DNA of 64,000 nt from Octopus vulgaris. Lineage: Eukaryota. Within the stretch, counting starts at the first letter, position 1. Every line of letters begins with the position of its first letter. The notes below the pieces were generated by a model. That model did not search any database. It worked only from the letters and a program-made list of their open reading frames with translations, and was not told the DNA's origin. The DNA lies in assembly GCA_951406725.2 (NCBI GenBank), contig OX597814.1, forward strand, positions 215,140,001 to 215,204,000, read 5' to 3'. The position numbers were made by a program, and so were the translations under genes. Shown piece after piece: positions 12,430 to 24,700 of the stretch.

Positions 12430-13228
12430 TTACCTGTTTCAGTCACTTGACTGCGGGCCATGCTGGGGCATCACCTTGAAGGGTTTTAGTTGAACAAATC
12501 AACCCCAGGATTTATTGTTTTTTAAAGCCTAGTACTCATTCTATCTGTCTCTTTTGCTGAACCGCTAAGTCACAAGTATGTAAACTCACCAACACCAATT
12601 GTCAAGTGGTGGTTGGGGACAAACACAGACACAAAGACACACAGATATATATATATATATATATATATTATAATAAGTGTAGGTGGTATATGAGTGGGTA
12701 TATATTTATATATTTATAAAAAAAGAAGTTTGAAAACGCCACTATATAAGATAAATTGAAATTTTCTTAGAAATTTTACATGTTTCGGTTCTTCTTGAAA
12801 AAACGAACCTTATCAAAAATATTTAAAAAAGCTAAGTGTAATAAAAAAGTTCATAATTGTTTCTTACTAGTCTCAACAGAATCCACGTGGTGGATTTTGT
12901 AGGGGAGAGCATAATAACTGTCTTGTGTGTTGACTAAAGTTGGGAAAATGACCAGTGGCCGAAATAGCAGTGACTGTTGGTCATAGTAGTAGTGACCGTG
13001 GTGGTGGTGGTTGGAGTTGCAGCAGTTCATTGAACACACATATACATATATATATATATATATATAACAGGCTCCTTTCAGTTTCCATCTACCAAATCCA
13101 CTCTCAAGGCTTTGGTTGGACTGAGGCTTTAGTAGAAGACACTTGTCCAATGTGCCAAGCAGTGGGATTGAACCTGGAACCATGTGATTGTGAGGCAAAC
13201 TTCTTACTACACAGCTACACCTGCACCT
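12430..13228 (-). mobile_element. SINE family C split at its (TA)n by an insert of about 370 bp
   Basis: 3' half at 12430-12645, 5' half at about 13065-13228, foreign sequence at about 12669-13035 between TA tracts. Confidence 0.85.
12773..12820 (-). ncRNA. Type I hammerhead ribozyme motif, U3:A8 variant core
   Basis: Minus strand reads attt-TTGATAA-ggttc..gaacc-GAAA-catg-TA-aaat; all three stems form and the triplet is GUA. Confidence 0.6.
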
Positions 13229-13614
13229 ACAGTAAAGATTAATTAATGTATTTCTTGAAGACAGCAACACCTAATTACACCGATATCACACTCTCCCCAC
13301 GCTTATCAGTCAACCTCCCTTCGCCATGACCACCACAACGATCACCACTACTACTGCCTTTGTTGCTTGTCATCCTTCTTTGTTCAATAGCAGATCCAGT
13401 GCCAAACTTACGCACATAGTGATGGCTTTTAAGGTGTAGAGGGGAATAAAATAAGGAGCTACACCTGCAATGTGGAATCTAAACAAGAACAGGAAGCTGA
13501 GAGTAATGTACGAAGGATGAAAGAATAGACTCCGCATCCTCCATTATACAAAGTCAACAAAGCAAAATGGGAAAAAATGCTCTCACACAATTATTCATCC
13601 ATCTGTTATTGCAA

Positions 13615-15030
13615 TATATATGTATGTATGTATGTATGTGTGTATGTATGTATGTATGTATGTATGTATGTGTGTATGTATGTGTGTGTGTATGTATGTA
13701 TGTATGTATGTATGTGTGTATGTATGTATGTATGTATGTATGTGTGTATGTATGTATGTATGTATGTATGTATGTATGTATGTATGTGTGTATGTATGTA
13801 TGTATATATGTATGTGTGTATGTATGTAAGTATGTATGTATGTGTGTATGTATGTATGTATGTATGTATGTGTGTATGTATGTGTGTGTATGTATGTATG
13901 TGTGTATGTATGTATGTGTGTATGTATGTATGTATGTATGTATGTATGTATGTATGTATGTATGTATGTATGTATGTATGTATGTATGTATGTATGTATG
14001 TGTGTATGTATGTGTGTAAGTATGTATGTATGTGTGTATGTATGTATGTGTGTGTGTATGTGTGTGTATGTGTGTATGTATGTATGTATGTATGTATGTG
14101 TATGTATGTATGTATGTATGTATGTATGTGTGTATGTATGTATGTATATATATATGTATGTGTGTATGTATGTGTGTAAGTATGTATGTATGTGTGTATG
14201 TATGTATGTGTGTATGTGTGTGTGTATGTGTGTATGTATGTATGTATGTGTGTATGTATGTATGTACGTATGTATGTATGTATGTATGTATGTATGTATG
14301 TATGTATGTATGTGTGTATGTATGTGTGTATGTATGTATGTATGTATGTATGTATGTATGCATGTCTGTCTGTCTGTCTGTATGTATGTATGTGTGTATG
14401 TATGTATGCATGTGCGTGTATTTATGTATATATGTATGTATACGTGTATGCCTGTCTGTCTGTATATATGTATGTGTGTATGTATGTATGTGTTTATGTA
14501 TGTATGTGTGTATGTATGTATATATATATATATATGTGCGCGTGTGTGTATATGTATGTGTGTATTATGTATGTACATATGAACATATGTATGCATGTGT
14601 CTATGTATGCATGTATGTATGTATGTATGTATGTATGTACTTACATGTGTCTGTATACTTTCCCATACATACAGATATACATACATAAATACATTCATAC
14701 ATAAATACATACATTCATAGACACACACACACATACATGATGCATATGTGTATATACATATATACATAACACATATGTATGTATGTATGCACACATATAC
14801 ATCATATGTGTGTGTGTCTATGTATGTAAGTATTTATGTATGTATGTATGTATGTATGTACACATATACATCATATGTGTGTGTGTCTATGTATGTAAGT
14901 ATTTATGTATGTATGTATGTATGTACACATATACATCATATGTGTGTGTGTCTATGTATGTATGTATGTATGTATGTATGTATGTATGTATGTATGTATG
15001 TATGTATGTATGTATGTATGTATGTATGTG
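13615..15030. repeat. Compound (TATG)n/(TG)n microsatellite of about 1.4 kb
   Basis: Visible directly; source of the long MYVC/HTYI ORFs. Confidence 0.97.
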
Positions 15031-15563
15031 AAATAAATTGTTGTACAGTCATAGATTTGTAAATTCAATCAAACTGAATTTTAACATTAATTTTTATCTC
15101 CGGGAATTAATATTGTATCACATTATAGTATTTTCTTTTTTTTACCAAAAATTCTGTCTTGCAATTCTTTTTGTTGGCAGTATATAATTTGCGACTGGAA
15201 TGTTAATGTGTTACCAAAATATATTTTTCATGCTGAAATTAACAATAATTTAATTTTGAAGAATTTTAAGTATATATATATTTTTTTACAATTTGCTGGC
15301 ATAGAAAGGTGTATATCTGTGTATGCACGCAAATTTCAAGTTGTTTAGTTTTGAGAAGAACAGAGTAGATATGTACAAGAAGTAACTGACAGTGATAAAA
15401 GAGTGAGAGAGAGAGAAAAACAAGAAACATATTGTACAAAATTCCTCTTACGTATGTCATTATAATATGAAAGCATATTTCTTATTTAAATGTGAGCTAA
15501 AAAGCTTAGTGCATGCACAACTTCAGGTTTCAAGTTGGAAATGCATAAGATGATATATTCTGA

Positions 15564-15950
15564 CTAGCAGTATCGCCCGGCGTTGCTCAGGTTTGTAAGG
15601 GAAATAACTATAAAGCATCTTTAGAGAGTTATAGCCAAAAAATAGCAAAAAAATGGAAAAAAAATGATGGTAAATTTTTTTTTGAGAGTAAAAAAAGGTT
15701 GAGTTGCGTCCCCTAGACAGTCTGTGGTTTGTTTTTTTTTATTCTCGACCCCATGTCGAATTTATCGATTTTTTTCAGAACTGGGGGAACTTTTCAAAAT
15801 TTTCGCTGCGTTAGTTTTGAATTATGACATTGGGCTATGCGTGTGTCAAGTTTCATCAGAATCGGTTGAAAGCCGTGGTCAGGGTGAGGGTACGAGAAAA
15901 CAGACACACAGAAACACGCACAGACAAACTGCCGTTTATATATATAGAGA
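15564..15950 (-). mobile_element. Non-autonomous Helitron
   Basis: On the minus strand: 5' TC, 3' hairpin plus gatactgCTAG, A|T insertion site. Confidence 0.88.
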
Positions 15951-16192
15951 TAATGTACTCGTGATACAGATGTTTCAACTTATGGAATACATTCTACTTA
16001 TGGTCATGGAATTGTTGCAGGTTTTACATTCTCTAGACAAGGAAATATCCATTTGCCTTCAGTTATTCTGTTTAGAGCAGTTTGATGTTCTGAATATAGT
16101 CATTTTAAACAGCACTGCCATAATGATATATGTGCGTTTTCAGCTTGGCCAAAGTAACATTTAGCTCTTTGTTGCAATTTGTTTGGCGAAGA

Positions 16193-16840
16193 AGGCGGCG
16201 AGCTGGCAGTTATGTTAGAACGCCGGGCAAAATGCTTAGCAGTATTTCGTCTGTCGTTGCGTCCTGAGTTCAAATACCACCGAGGTCGACTTTGCCTTTC
16301 ATCCTTTCGGGGTCAATTAAATAAAGTACCTATTTCTTTATTACGCAAAAGGGGCTAAACACAGAGCGGACAAACAAGGACAGACATAGGTATTAAGTCG
16401 ATTGCATCGACCCCAGTGCGTAACTGGTACTTAATTTATCGACCCCGAAAGGATGAAAGGCAAAGTCGACCTCGGCGGAATTTGAACTCACAACGTAACG
16501 CAGACGAAATAACGCCAAGCATTTCGCCCGGCGTGCTAACGTTTCTGCCAGCTCGCCGCCTTAAATAAAGTACCAGTTACGCACTGGGGTCGATGTAGTC
16601 GACTTAATCCCTTTGTCTGTCCTTGTTTGTCCCCTCTGTGTTTAGCGCCTTGTGGGCAATAAAGAAATAAGTATTTCCGCTGTTTTTATGTTCTGAGTTC
16701 AATTTCCGCCGAAGTCGACTTTGCCTTTCATCCTATTGGAGGCCTGATAAATCAAGTACCAGTTGCGTACTGGGGTCGATCTAATCGACTGGCCCCCTCC
16801 CCCAAAATTTCGGGTCTTGTGCCTAGAGTAGAAAAGAATA
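16193..16840. mobile_element. Nested SINE A cluster
   Basis: A plus copy is interrupted by a minus copy (16331-16560) with 14-bp TSD ttaaataaagtacc (16317-16330 / 16561-16574); a further truncated copy runs 16673-16840. Confidence 0.9.
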
Positions 16841-16844
16841 TGTT

Positions 16845-18350
16845 TGGTGAAGATTTCAGTGTTTTGAAGTGTCACATATAGAACTTCGTGGCCAATGTTA
16901 TTGTCCTGATTCCATTTAACATTGGGGAAGCCAAACAATAGAAGTCCTCAGAGAAAATAGCTTGTTGCCAATGACAATAAGGGCCACAAGGTGAAAATAG
17001 ATTCATTGTGCTATCTGGATTTTTAACTGATTGAAATGTCTATCAAGAAAATGAACAAACGGCTTATCTTATAGAATAAAACGCCAAGGGGTAAGAATTA
17101 CTACATACTTGCAACAAAATAGCCAGTAAACAATGGTGTCGGCTGCTTCTGTCAAAATACCTCTTAATATGTTTTGTCAAAACTGTCTTTACGTTTTGGG
17201 TTCAAATTCCGCCGACGTCGACTTTGCCTTTCATCCTTTTGGGGTCGATAAATTAAGTACCAGTTACGTACTGGGGTCGATCTAATCGACTGGCTCCCTC
17301 CCCAAAAATTTCGGGCCTTGTGCCTTGAGTAGAAAAGAATATGTTTTATCAAAGCGCCTTTGCACGAAGCATGCATTTCTGCGTATGTTGCATAGTTGTC
17401 TATGATGAAGGATGTTGGGCCTTTTACATCTTGAAGAGGTATATGAGGGTAAAAGCATTCTTGACTTGTATGAACAGTAAAGAGTTTTGTCAACGCCTCA
17501 AGTTCCAAGATGATCGTCTATAACGTTGCTTCGTTTTTACTCTATTTATACTATCGTTATTCAAAGATGTGATTTCAGAATAAAGTAGTGTATATGCTAA
17601 GGCTTCATGTTTATATTGCCGTGATGACAATTTACAGAGCTGTTTCACTTTCTCCAGCCACATTTGTTTTTATTTCAGATGTAGAAAGGTATGACCAGAA
17701 TAAAACAGTGTACATGCACAGGAATATTTTGACATGTGTTGCAGGATGCAGTCGGAGTCGTTTTTTTTATATGTTTAGAGCGAGTGCTTATAGCAAAGCA
17801 GTTTATTCAATAAAATAGAGTGTACATTTTCCTTATGGCGCCTAGTTGTTTTGTCGTTCAATGGCGCAGTTTCCTTCGTGAATTTGAACTCTCCAAAGAT
17901 GTGTCAGAATGCTTCATACTGCTAATGAAATTTTCCAACTGAAACCGGTTGGTTTCAACGTTTGTGTTTTGTTTTTGAAGAGCATACATAACAACATCGT
18001 ATCATGTTTTGACGAACTTGTACATATGTTTAATTGATGGAATGACAAAGCTCAACAGTGACATGAGCATCAAAGACGTTTGCCAAAACTACGATACAAG
18101 CCATTGGTTGTCAATCTCAACATCTTTACTATACCTCGTTGATATTTTGGCTGTGAATCCTCAATCTTTGAGTTTTCCTTTTTTGCGTAACTGTCCATCA
18201 TCACCAGTTTTACTTTCTTTTGACATTTAATGGGATAACTTTTGACGTACTTATTATTTTTCATACAAGAGAATGTTGAGTTTAGGAGTGCACTTGGGCC
18301 ATGAACTATTGTTATTTTGATGATACCAAAAAAGGCTTTAGTCAATAAGT
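16845..18350 (-). pseudogene. Decayed Helitron Rep/helicase coding fragment
   Basis: Ordered degenerate motifs on the minus strand: HGPSALLNSTFSCMKNNKYVKSYP (like HGPCG..NP.SPCM....C.K.YP), EIDNQWLV, VFDAHVTVELCHS (like FNAHINVE.C.S), TLLYSEI, LFTVHTSQECFY..LQDVKGPTSF (like YTVHP..ECFYLR.LL..V.GPTSF), LLAILLQVC. Frameshifts and stops present. Confidence 0.85.
17183..17340 (+). mobile_element. 5'-truncated SINE A inserted in the Helitron fossil
   Basis: TSD aatatgtttt(g/a)tcaaa at about 17166-17181 and 17338-17353. Confidence 0.85.
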
Positions 18351-19242
18351 ATCTAGACGCTACGCTGATTTAATCGAGTCTTTTTTTTTTTATTAAATTG
18401 GACTTCAATTTTATTTAAAAGTTTAACTGAATAAAAAGTGAAGAGTTTTCCATAGAAAAATTGCCAATACTGACACACTAAAATGAATATTTTCAATGAA
18501 CGACAGCGAAAATTTAACAAAAGGAACTACATTTTCGTTGAGATTCTTCAAGGGGAGAAATATAACTGACGACAGAATTGTCCGATTGTCGAAGAAAAGA
18601 GGAGATAATTGGAAAAAGTTATAGGTTATATGTGACGATTTCTAAAAAGAATGAAATAGTAACATACATGATTAACACCAACAAGAAATTTTAAGAACTT
18701 CATAATAAGTAACAAAAGATGTGAACCCTATACATCTTTTTCCTTATAATTTCTTAATTTCAGATTCAAAATTCTAATCCAGCCAAATGTTATGTAGAAT
18801 GGATGACACCTCTCGTGATAACTGCGTCCGCTAGGAGGAAAACATGTATTTGAATGTTTCATAGTTGACGACCGAATAATGATAATTTTAGAATTGAATT
18901 AAAAGGTGCAGTTGTTTACAGGGCTAAATATTGGCCATCGAAACATTCAGTACGAGAATGATGGATAACTATATGTGTTTTTGTGGGTGTCCGTTTCATA
19001 ATTTTGAATTCACCGGGCACGGAAACACTTCTTTTATTTTTTGCTGCGCTCGGTGAACTAAAAATATACAAATATTCACAAATATGTATTATCTGCGTTT
19101 CTCACATTCACAAATGTGCATTAACTTAATCAGCATCTTTAGATGCTAAAATTTGAATTTATAGTATTTAGATCTGCAATATTAAGATTTGTGAGTGGGT
19201 TCAACCTTATGATCCTCACAATTACGCTGTATACATCTGTTG

Positions 19243-19299
<57 letters not shown>

Positions 19300-19300
<1 letters not shown>

Positions 19301-19935
19301 CCTTTACATAAATAAATAACGTGAAATACACGAAGGGACGAACAAAAAGACAAACGGGTCATTGAAAGCCTTCATTCTTCAGTCAGAAACTGATCCCTCA
19401 TCGCAGATTTCGGCTGTTTAATTCTGAGATCCGCTCTGAATCAGCCAGCCACAGAAGGAAAGAATGCAACGCAACAGAGACGAACATGAAACGAAAAATC
19501 TTTTTTGGAGACAGTAACGGTTAAAAACATGGATGAGACAGGCGCCCTACGGCTTTGAGACAAAAAGAGAGACACAAAAACAATATCAGCAAGCGTGGAA
19601 AAATATTTACCTTTTCGGTGATAAGACACATGTTGAACAAGCGGCCGATGGAAACAGAATGGCTGAGGCAGCAAGTCGCAAGAGGGTATGAGAGAGAAAG
19701 GGGTAAGAGAGAGAAGGGGGTAAGAGAGAGAGGGGACCAAGGAGGGTGGAAGGCGAGGACAGAAGCAGTGAACGAGAGAGAGAGAAGGAATCAGAGATGA
19801 AGCAGTGACCAAGAGAGAGAGGGAGAGAAGGAATCAGAGAGGCTGGGAGAAAAAGGCGCCAAAACAATTTGGCAACGAAGCAATGGCGAAGGAAAGAAAA
19901 TAGTTTAAAGACATCGTGCAGGGGTTTTGATATGA
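19300..19935 (-). mobile_element. (TA)n-flanked element, probably a Penelope-like pseudo-LTR, with degenerate hammerhead at 19395-19458
   Basis: Bounded on both sides by long (TA)n; minus strand cctt-ctgtggc-tggctg..cagcc-GAAA-tctgcga-tg-aggg. Confidence 0.45.
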
Positions 19936-19937
19936 TA

Positions 19938-19973
<36 letters not shown>

Positions 19974-20048
19974 TTTAATTGTTCCACTCATTAGACAGCG
20001 ATTATGCTGGGGTACTTCTTTCCCAAATAAATTGCACTTCATATTTGA

Positions 20049-20129
20049 GGCTCTGATGAAGCTATAAGGTGTTATTCAGGCACTTAATTATGGGTCCACT
20101 GCATCTTATAGCAGAAACAGCTGTAAGTT
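20049..20129 (+). ncRNA. Type I hammerhead ribozyme, canonical core
   Basis: ggct-CTGATGA-a-gctataaggtg..catcttatagc-a-GAAA-cagctg-TA-agtt; 11-bp stem II, palindromic stem III, GUA triplet, AATAAA 10 nt downstream, (TA)n at 20182. Confidence 0.8.
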
Positions 20130-20649
20130 AATGAAGTTAATAAAGATAATCATTTATTCCTTTGTCATCCCTCTTTCTTTTATATATATATATATGTGTG
20201 TGTGTATGTGTATGTGTGAGAGCGAGAATATATATGTGTCTATTACAATAACTTTTGTTATATACTCAGCATAAACTTTATTCTTTCAATCATCAATCTG
20301 TAATTATAAAATTCTATTTTTTCTTAATTAAACTCTAAGTTTTGGCTGTGACCGATAATAGTTTGTAATTTATAATCTATATTGCAATATAATGTATTTT
20401 GTTATATATTTTTTCGACATAGAATTCTTGGTTGTAACTGACAATCGGCCCGTTTAAGAGGCATATTCACAAGACTTCTTTTATCTGTTGTTCTTAACCT
20501 CTCCCACTTACCCAACTCCCACCTTCATTTTTTTCCCTTTTAATTGCTTTCTTTTGCTTCTATTTTCTTTTATTTTTCTTTAGATACTTTTACTTGATCT
20601 ATCATCATTTTGGTTCTTTGAAGATTTCTCCACCCCCGCTCTTTATATG

Positions 20650-21640
20650 CCGATACACAAGTTTCATTTATTACCTTTTTCTTTCCAGTAGACAATTTGC
20701 CTGGTAGTATAGAACAGAATAATTAAAGTGTCCAGCTTTCGTACTAACTATATCTAGTAAGACTAAAGTTCTCTGCTCTTGATGCTGTCTTACCCTATGT
20801 TATATGTCACCGGGTTTTTTTTCCTAACTATACGTATATACAGGTTCCTGTTATTGTGGTCTTCAGTGGATGCGCAATGGCCCAGTGGTTAGGGCAGCGG
20901 ACTCGCGGTTTCGATTCCCAGACCGGGCGTTGTGAGTGTTTATTGAGCGAAAACACCTAAAAGCTCCACGAGGCTCCGGCAGGCGATGGTGGTGATCCCT
21001 GCTGTACTCTTTCACCACAACTTTCTCTCACTCTTACTTCCTGTTTCTGTTGTACCTGTATTTCAAGGGGCCGGCCTTGTCACTCTCTGTGTCACGCTGA
21101 ATATCCCCGAGAACTACGTTAAGGGTACACGTGTCTGTGGAGTGCTCAGCCACTTACACGTTAATTTCAACGGAACAACCGGAACCCTCGTCGTCGTAAC
21201 CGACGGAGTGCTTCCTAACTATGTGTATGGGTGTGCGGTACCAGTCTGTTCCTAGACACAAGAGCAATACTTCCTTATGGACGTCACCTGAGCTTTGTAG
21301 AGTATTAAGGATTGCTATGACAGGAGGATGAAGTATATTCTTGCTCTGAAAACAAAAACCGGTCAGAGAACGATTTCGAAGGTTCACACTATGTAGAACG
21401 ATTTCGAGGGTTTACGCTGTTGCTTACGATTTAAGGGCATGTGGTGCGATGTTGTTTTCATGATTTGAGCAGTAATTGTGTTTACTTGCTGATGAAAGAG
21501 ATAAGACTGACATATCTCGGTTGGAGGGTAATTTCGCGATCTCTGAGCATGGGATCGGTGCGTGTTTGATGAATGGTATCTAGGTTGCCAGCGGCTAAAG
21601 AATAGTTTGGGAAATTTTGGAAGGAAATAAGATAGTGTCA
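20650..21640 (-). pseudogene. Possible very old Penelope-like RT remnant, interrupted by SINE B
   Basis: YFLPKFPK followed in another frame by PFIKHAPIPCSEIAKL resembles the PLE motif Y.LPK.HK..RPI....PT..I.K; weak. Confidence 0.25.
20867..21214 (+). mobile_element. SINE family B, tail type 1, with internal deletions
   Basis: Colinear with the other B1 copies. Confidence 0.9.
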
Positions 21641-21695
21641 TCTATCTGAGAGCTGGTGTGGTTAGATGTGGCGGCAAGTAAGTCATTGACAAATA

Positions 21696-21928
21696 AGGCG
21701 GCGAGCTGGCAGAAACGTTACCACACCGGGCGAAATGCTTAGTGGTATTGCGTCTGTCGTTGCGTTCTGAGTTCAAATTCCGCCGAGGTCGAATTTGCCT
21801 TTCATCCTTTCGGGGTCGATAAATTAAGTACCAGTTACGCACTGGGGTCGATGTAATCGACTTAATCCGTTTGTCTGTCCTTGTTTGTGCCCTCTGTGTT
21901 TAGCCCCTTGTGGGCAATAAAGAAACAG
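21696..21928 (+). mobile_element. SINE family A, full length
   Basis: Complete head-core-tail with CpGs intact. Confidence 0.92.
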
Positions 21929-22164
21929 ATATATAAAAGGAAAGAAGTGAGGGACAAAACGGAACCTTAGGACAAGCAGGAGTTGATGGAGTAAGGAACA
22001 GAAAAAGCTCCGTCGACGCGCACACACAGCACGTGCACACTCACTCAAACACACAAAAACACAGACACACACATATTCAACACACGCACACACACAAACA
22101 CACAATCGTAAAATCACTGGGCTGTCAGATAAACTCGTTTCTCCCCACTCCCCCATTTCTTTTA

Positions 22165-22410
22165 ATACTCTTTTACTCTTTTACTTGTCTCAGTCATTTG
22201 ACTGCGGCCATGCTGGAGCACCGCCTTTATTCGAGGAAATCGACCCCAGGACTTATTCTTTGTAAGCCTAGTACTTATTCTATCGGTCTCTTTTGTCGAA
22301 CTGCTAAGTTACAGGGATGTAAACACACCAGCATCGGTTGTCAAGCGATGTTGGGGACAAACACACACACACATATATATACATATATACCACAGGCTTT
22401 TTTCAGTTTC
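22165..22410 (-). mobile_element. SINE family C, 3' part
   Basis: Tail and body match family C. Confidence 0.85.
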
Positions 22411-22685
22411 CTTATTTTTAATCCTTATTTTTCACGATCAACTGGATTTTCTCTACAGAAAAAAATTCCATCAAGAAATGTGGCAGCATATTAAAATACC
22501 TTTACGGTTAAAATTATAAACAACTTATAAGTAAGGGCTAAGAAAATTATTTCAAAGCCAATATGCTGATGATAGACTATTAAATCGTCAATTTCCACAT
22601 ATAATCTACTCGCTACAGCAAAAAAAATCGAAGAACTGAAGTCGGGCAAACTGACCGTTAGAATTTCTAAATTTCGACTTAAGTT

Positions 22686-22760
<75 letters not shown>

Positions 22761-23491
22761 CACATACATATCTACATGTACACACATTTCACTTTAAAAA
22801 TGGGCAAGCCCAAAACTAGGAAGCTTTTTTTTTTTGAAAAGAACAATTTCTTCTTTTAAAAATTGTGTTGCTTACAGCTTACACAGTTCTTTAAAACTTC
22901 CCAATACTATTCAAATGAAAATAATTTAATTCTACATATATGCATACATAAACAACAATCTAAATGTATATAAAGAAGAACTAAAAATTTAACGTACAGG
23001 CAGGAGACAAATGAACGCAAAATGAATATAAAAATAAAAGAAAAAAGTTCATTAGGGATAGTTTATACATTCTCATTATTATCTACATTAATATCTTTAA
23101 AAATATGAATATTTAAGAATTTTTGTCTCCAATTTATTAGCTGAGTGTAACTGAAAATATTTTTGCATTTTTGACTTTTATATATTGCCGTTTTTTTCTG
23201 TTTTTTTTTTTTTTTTGGCTTTTTTGTATGTTTGTCATCTGAGGAGGACATTTTGCTCACAAACACATAATCATGCGCAGACATTCAGTTGTTAACTCGC
23301 ATCCTAATGTCTAGCATTCATGCAGTGTTTAGGCTGGAAGGCTTAACCGAAACTGGAGGGGGAAAAAAAAACTCTGATTTGAATTTCTAAGGAAAATTGC
23401 ATACATTGTTTTAGGTTAGGTGAAATATAATTCCGTGAATCATCCGGTGTCACCTCATATACGTACGTACATATATACATACATACATACA

Positions 23492-23523
<32 letters not shown>

Positions 23524-23647
23524 CGAACGTACGTACATATGTATGCATGCATGAATATATGAATGTTTGTGTGTGAGTTTGTGTATACACGTGATCATGT
23601 ATGCATGTATGTATGTATGTGTGTGTATGTATATATATGTGTGTGTG

Positions 23648-23721
<74 letters not shown>

Positions 23722-23724
<3 letters not shown>

Positions 23725-23940
23725 TCTTTATTCTTTTACTGGTTTCAGTCATTTGACTGCGGTCATGCTGGAGCACCACCTTTTAGTCGTGCAAATCGAC
23801 CCCAGGACTTATTCTTTGGAAGCCTAGTACTTATTCTATCGGTCTCTTTTGCCGAGCTGCTAAGTTACGGGGACGTAAACGCACCAGCATCGGTTGTCAA
23901 GCGATGTTGGGAGGACAAACACAGACATAGACACACACAC

Positions 23941-24012
<72 letters not shown>

Positions 24013-24175
24013 ATGACGGGCTTCTTTCAGTTTCCATCTACCAAATCCACTCACAAGGCCTTGGTCGGCCCGAGGCCATAGTAGAAGACACTTGCCTAAG
24101 GTGCCAGGCAGTGGGACTGAACCCGGAACCATGTGGTTGGTAAACAAGCTACTTACCATACAGCCACTCCTACGC
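23722..24175 (-). mobile_element. SINE family C, full length
   Basis: Complete, with expanded internal (CA)n(TA)n. Confidence 0.92.
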
Positions 24176-24275
24176 TTATATTTATATACATGTATGTATG
24201 CATGTATTTGTGTATATATATATGTATATATGTGTGTGTATAAATATGTGTGTGTATAAATATGTGTGTGTGTGG

Positions 24276-24537
24276 AGGGTGCATGACCTAGTGTTTAGGT
24301 TGTTGCTCGAGAGCTCGTGGTTTCAATTCCAAGAAAGAGTGGTGCGTTGTGTTCTTGAGCAAGGCACTTCATCTCGATTACCTCAACACTTGGCGTCCGG
24401 TATACCATGCACCTGATCAGGCAACATCAATTTGATGGAAAGAGCGGGCTAATGTACAGCACTATGAATAAATCATTTGTGCAGCGTGCTCAGCAAGAAA
24501 TTGCAGAACGATCTTTCTTGGACTACAAGAGACTATC
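24276..24537 (+). mobile_element. SINE family E variant
   Basis: Head ..ttgtgttcttgagcaaggcacttcat; tail homologous to the reverse complement of 51805-51945. Confidence 0.65.
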
Positions 24538-24558
24538 ATATCACACACACACGCACGT

Positions 24559-24622
<64 letters not shown>

Positions 24623-24700
24623 CGCCAAGTAAACCATAAATCCGAAAGAGAATCATACACTGAGTTATAGAGCAGTAGAGTATTTTGAGAAAGATAACTA

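Noticed and set aside
13554-15062. Long ORFs up to 399 aa (HTYI/MYVC repeats)
   Set aside because: Translation of a (TATG)n microsatellite with no stops.
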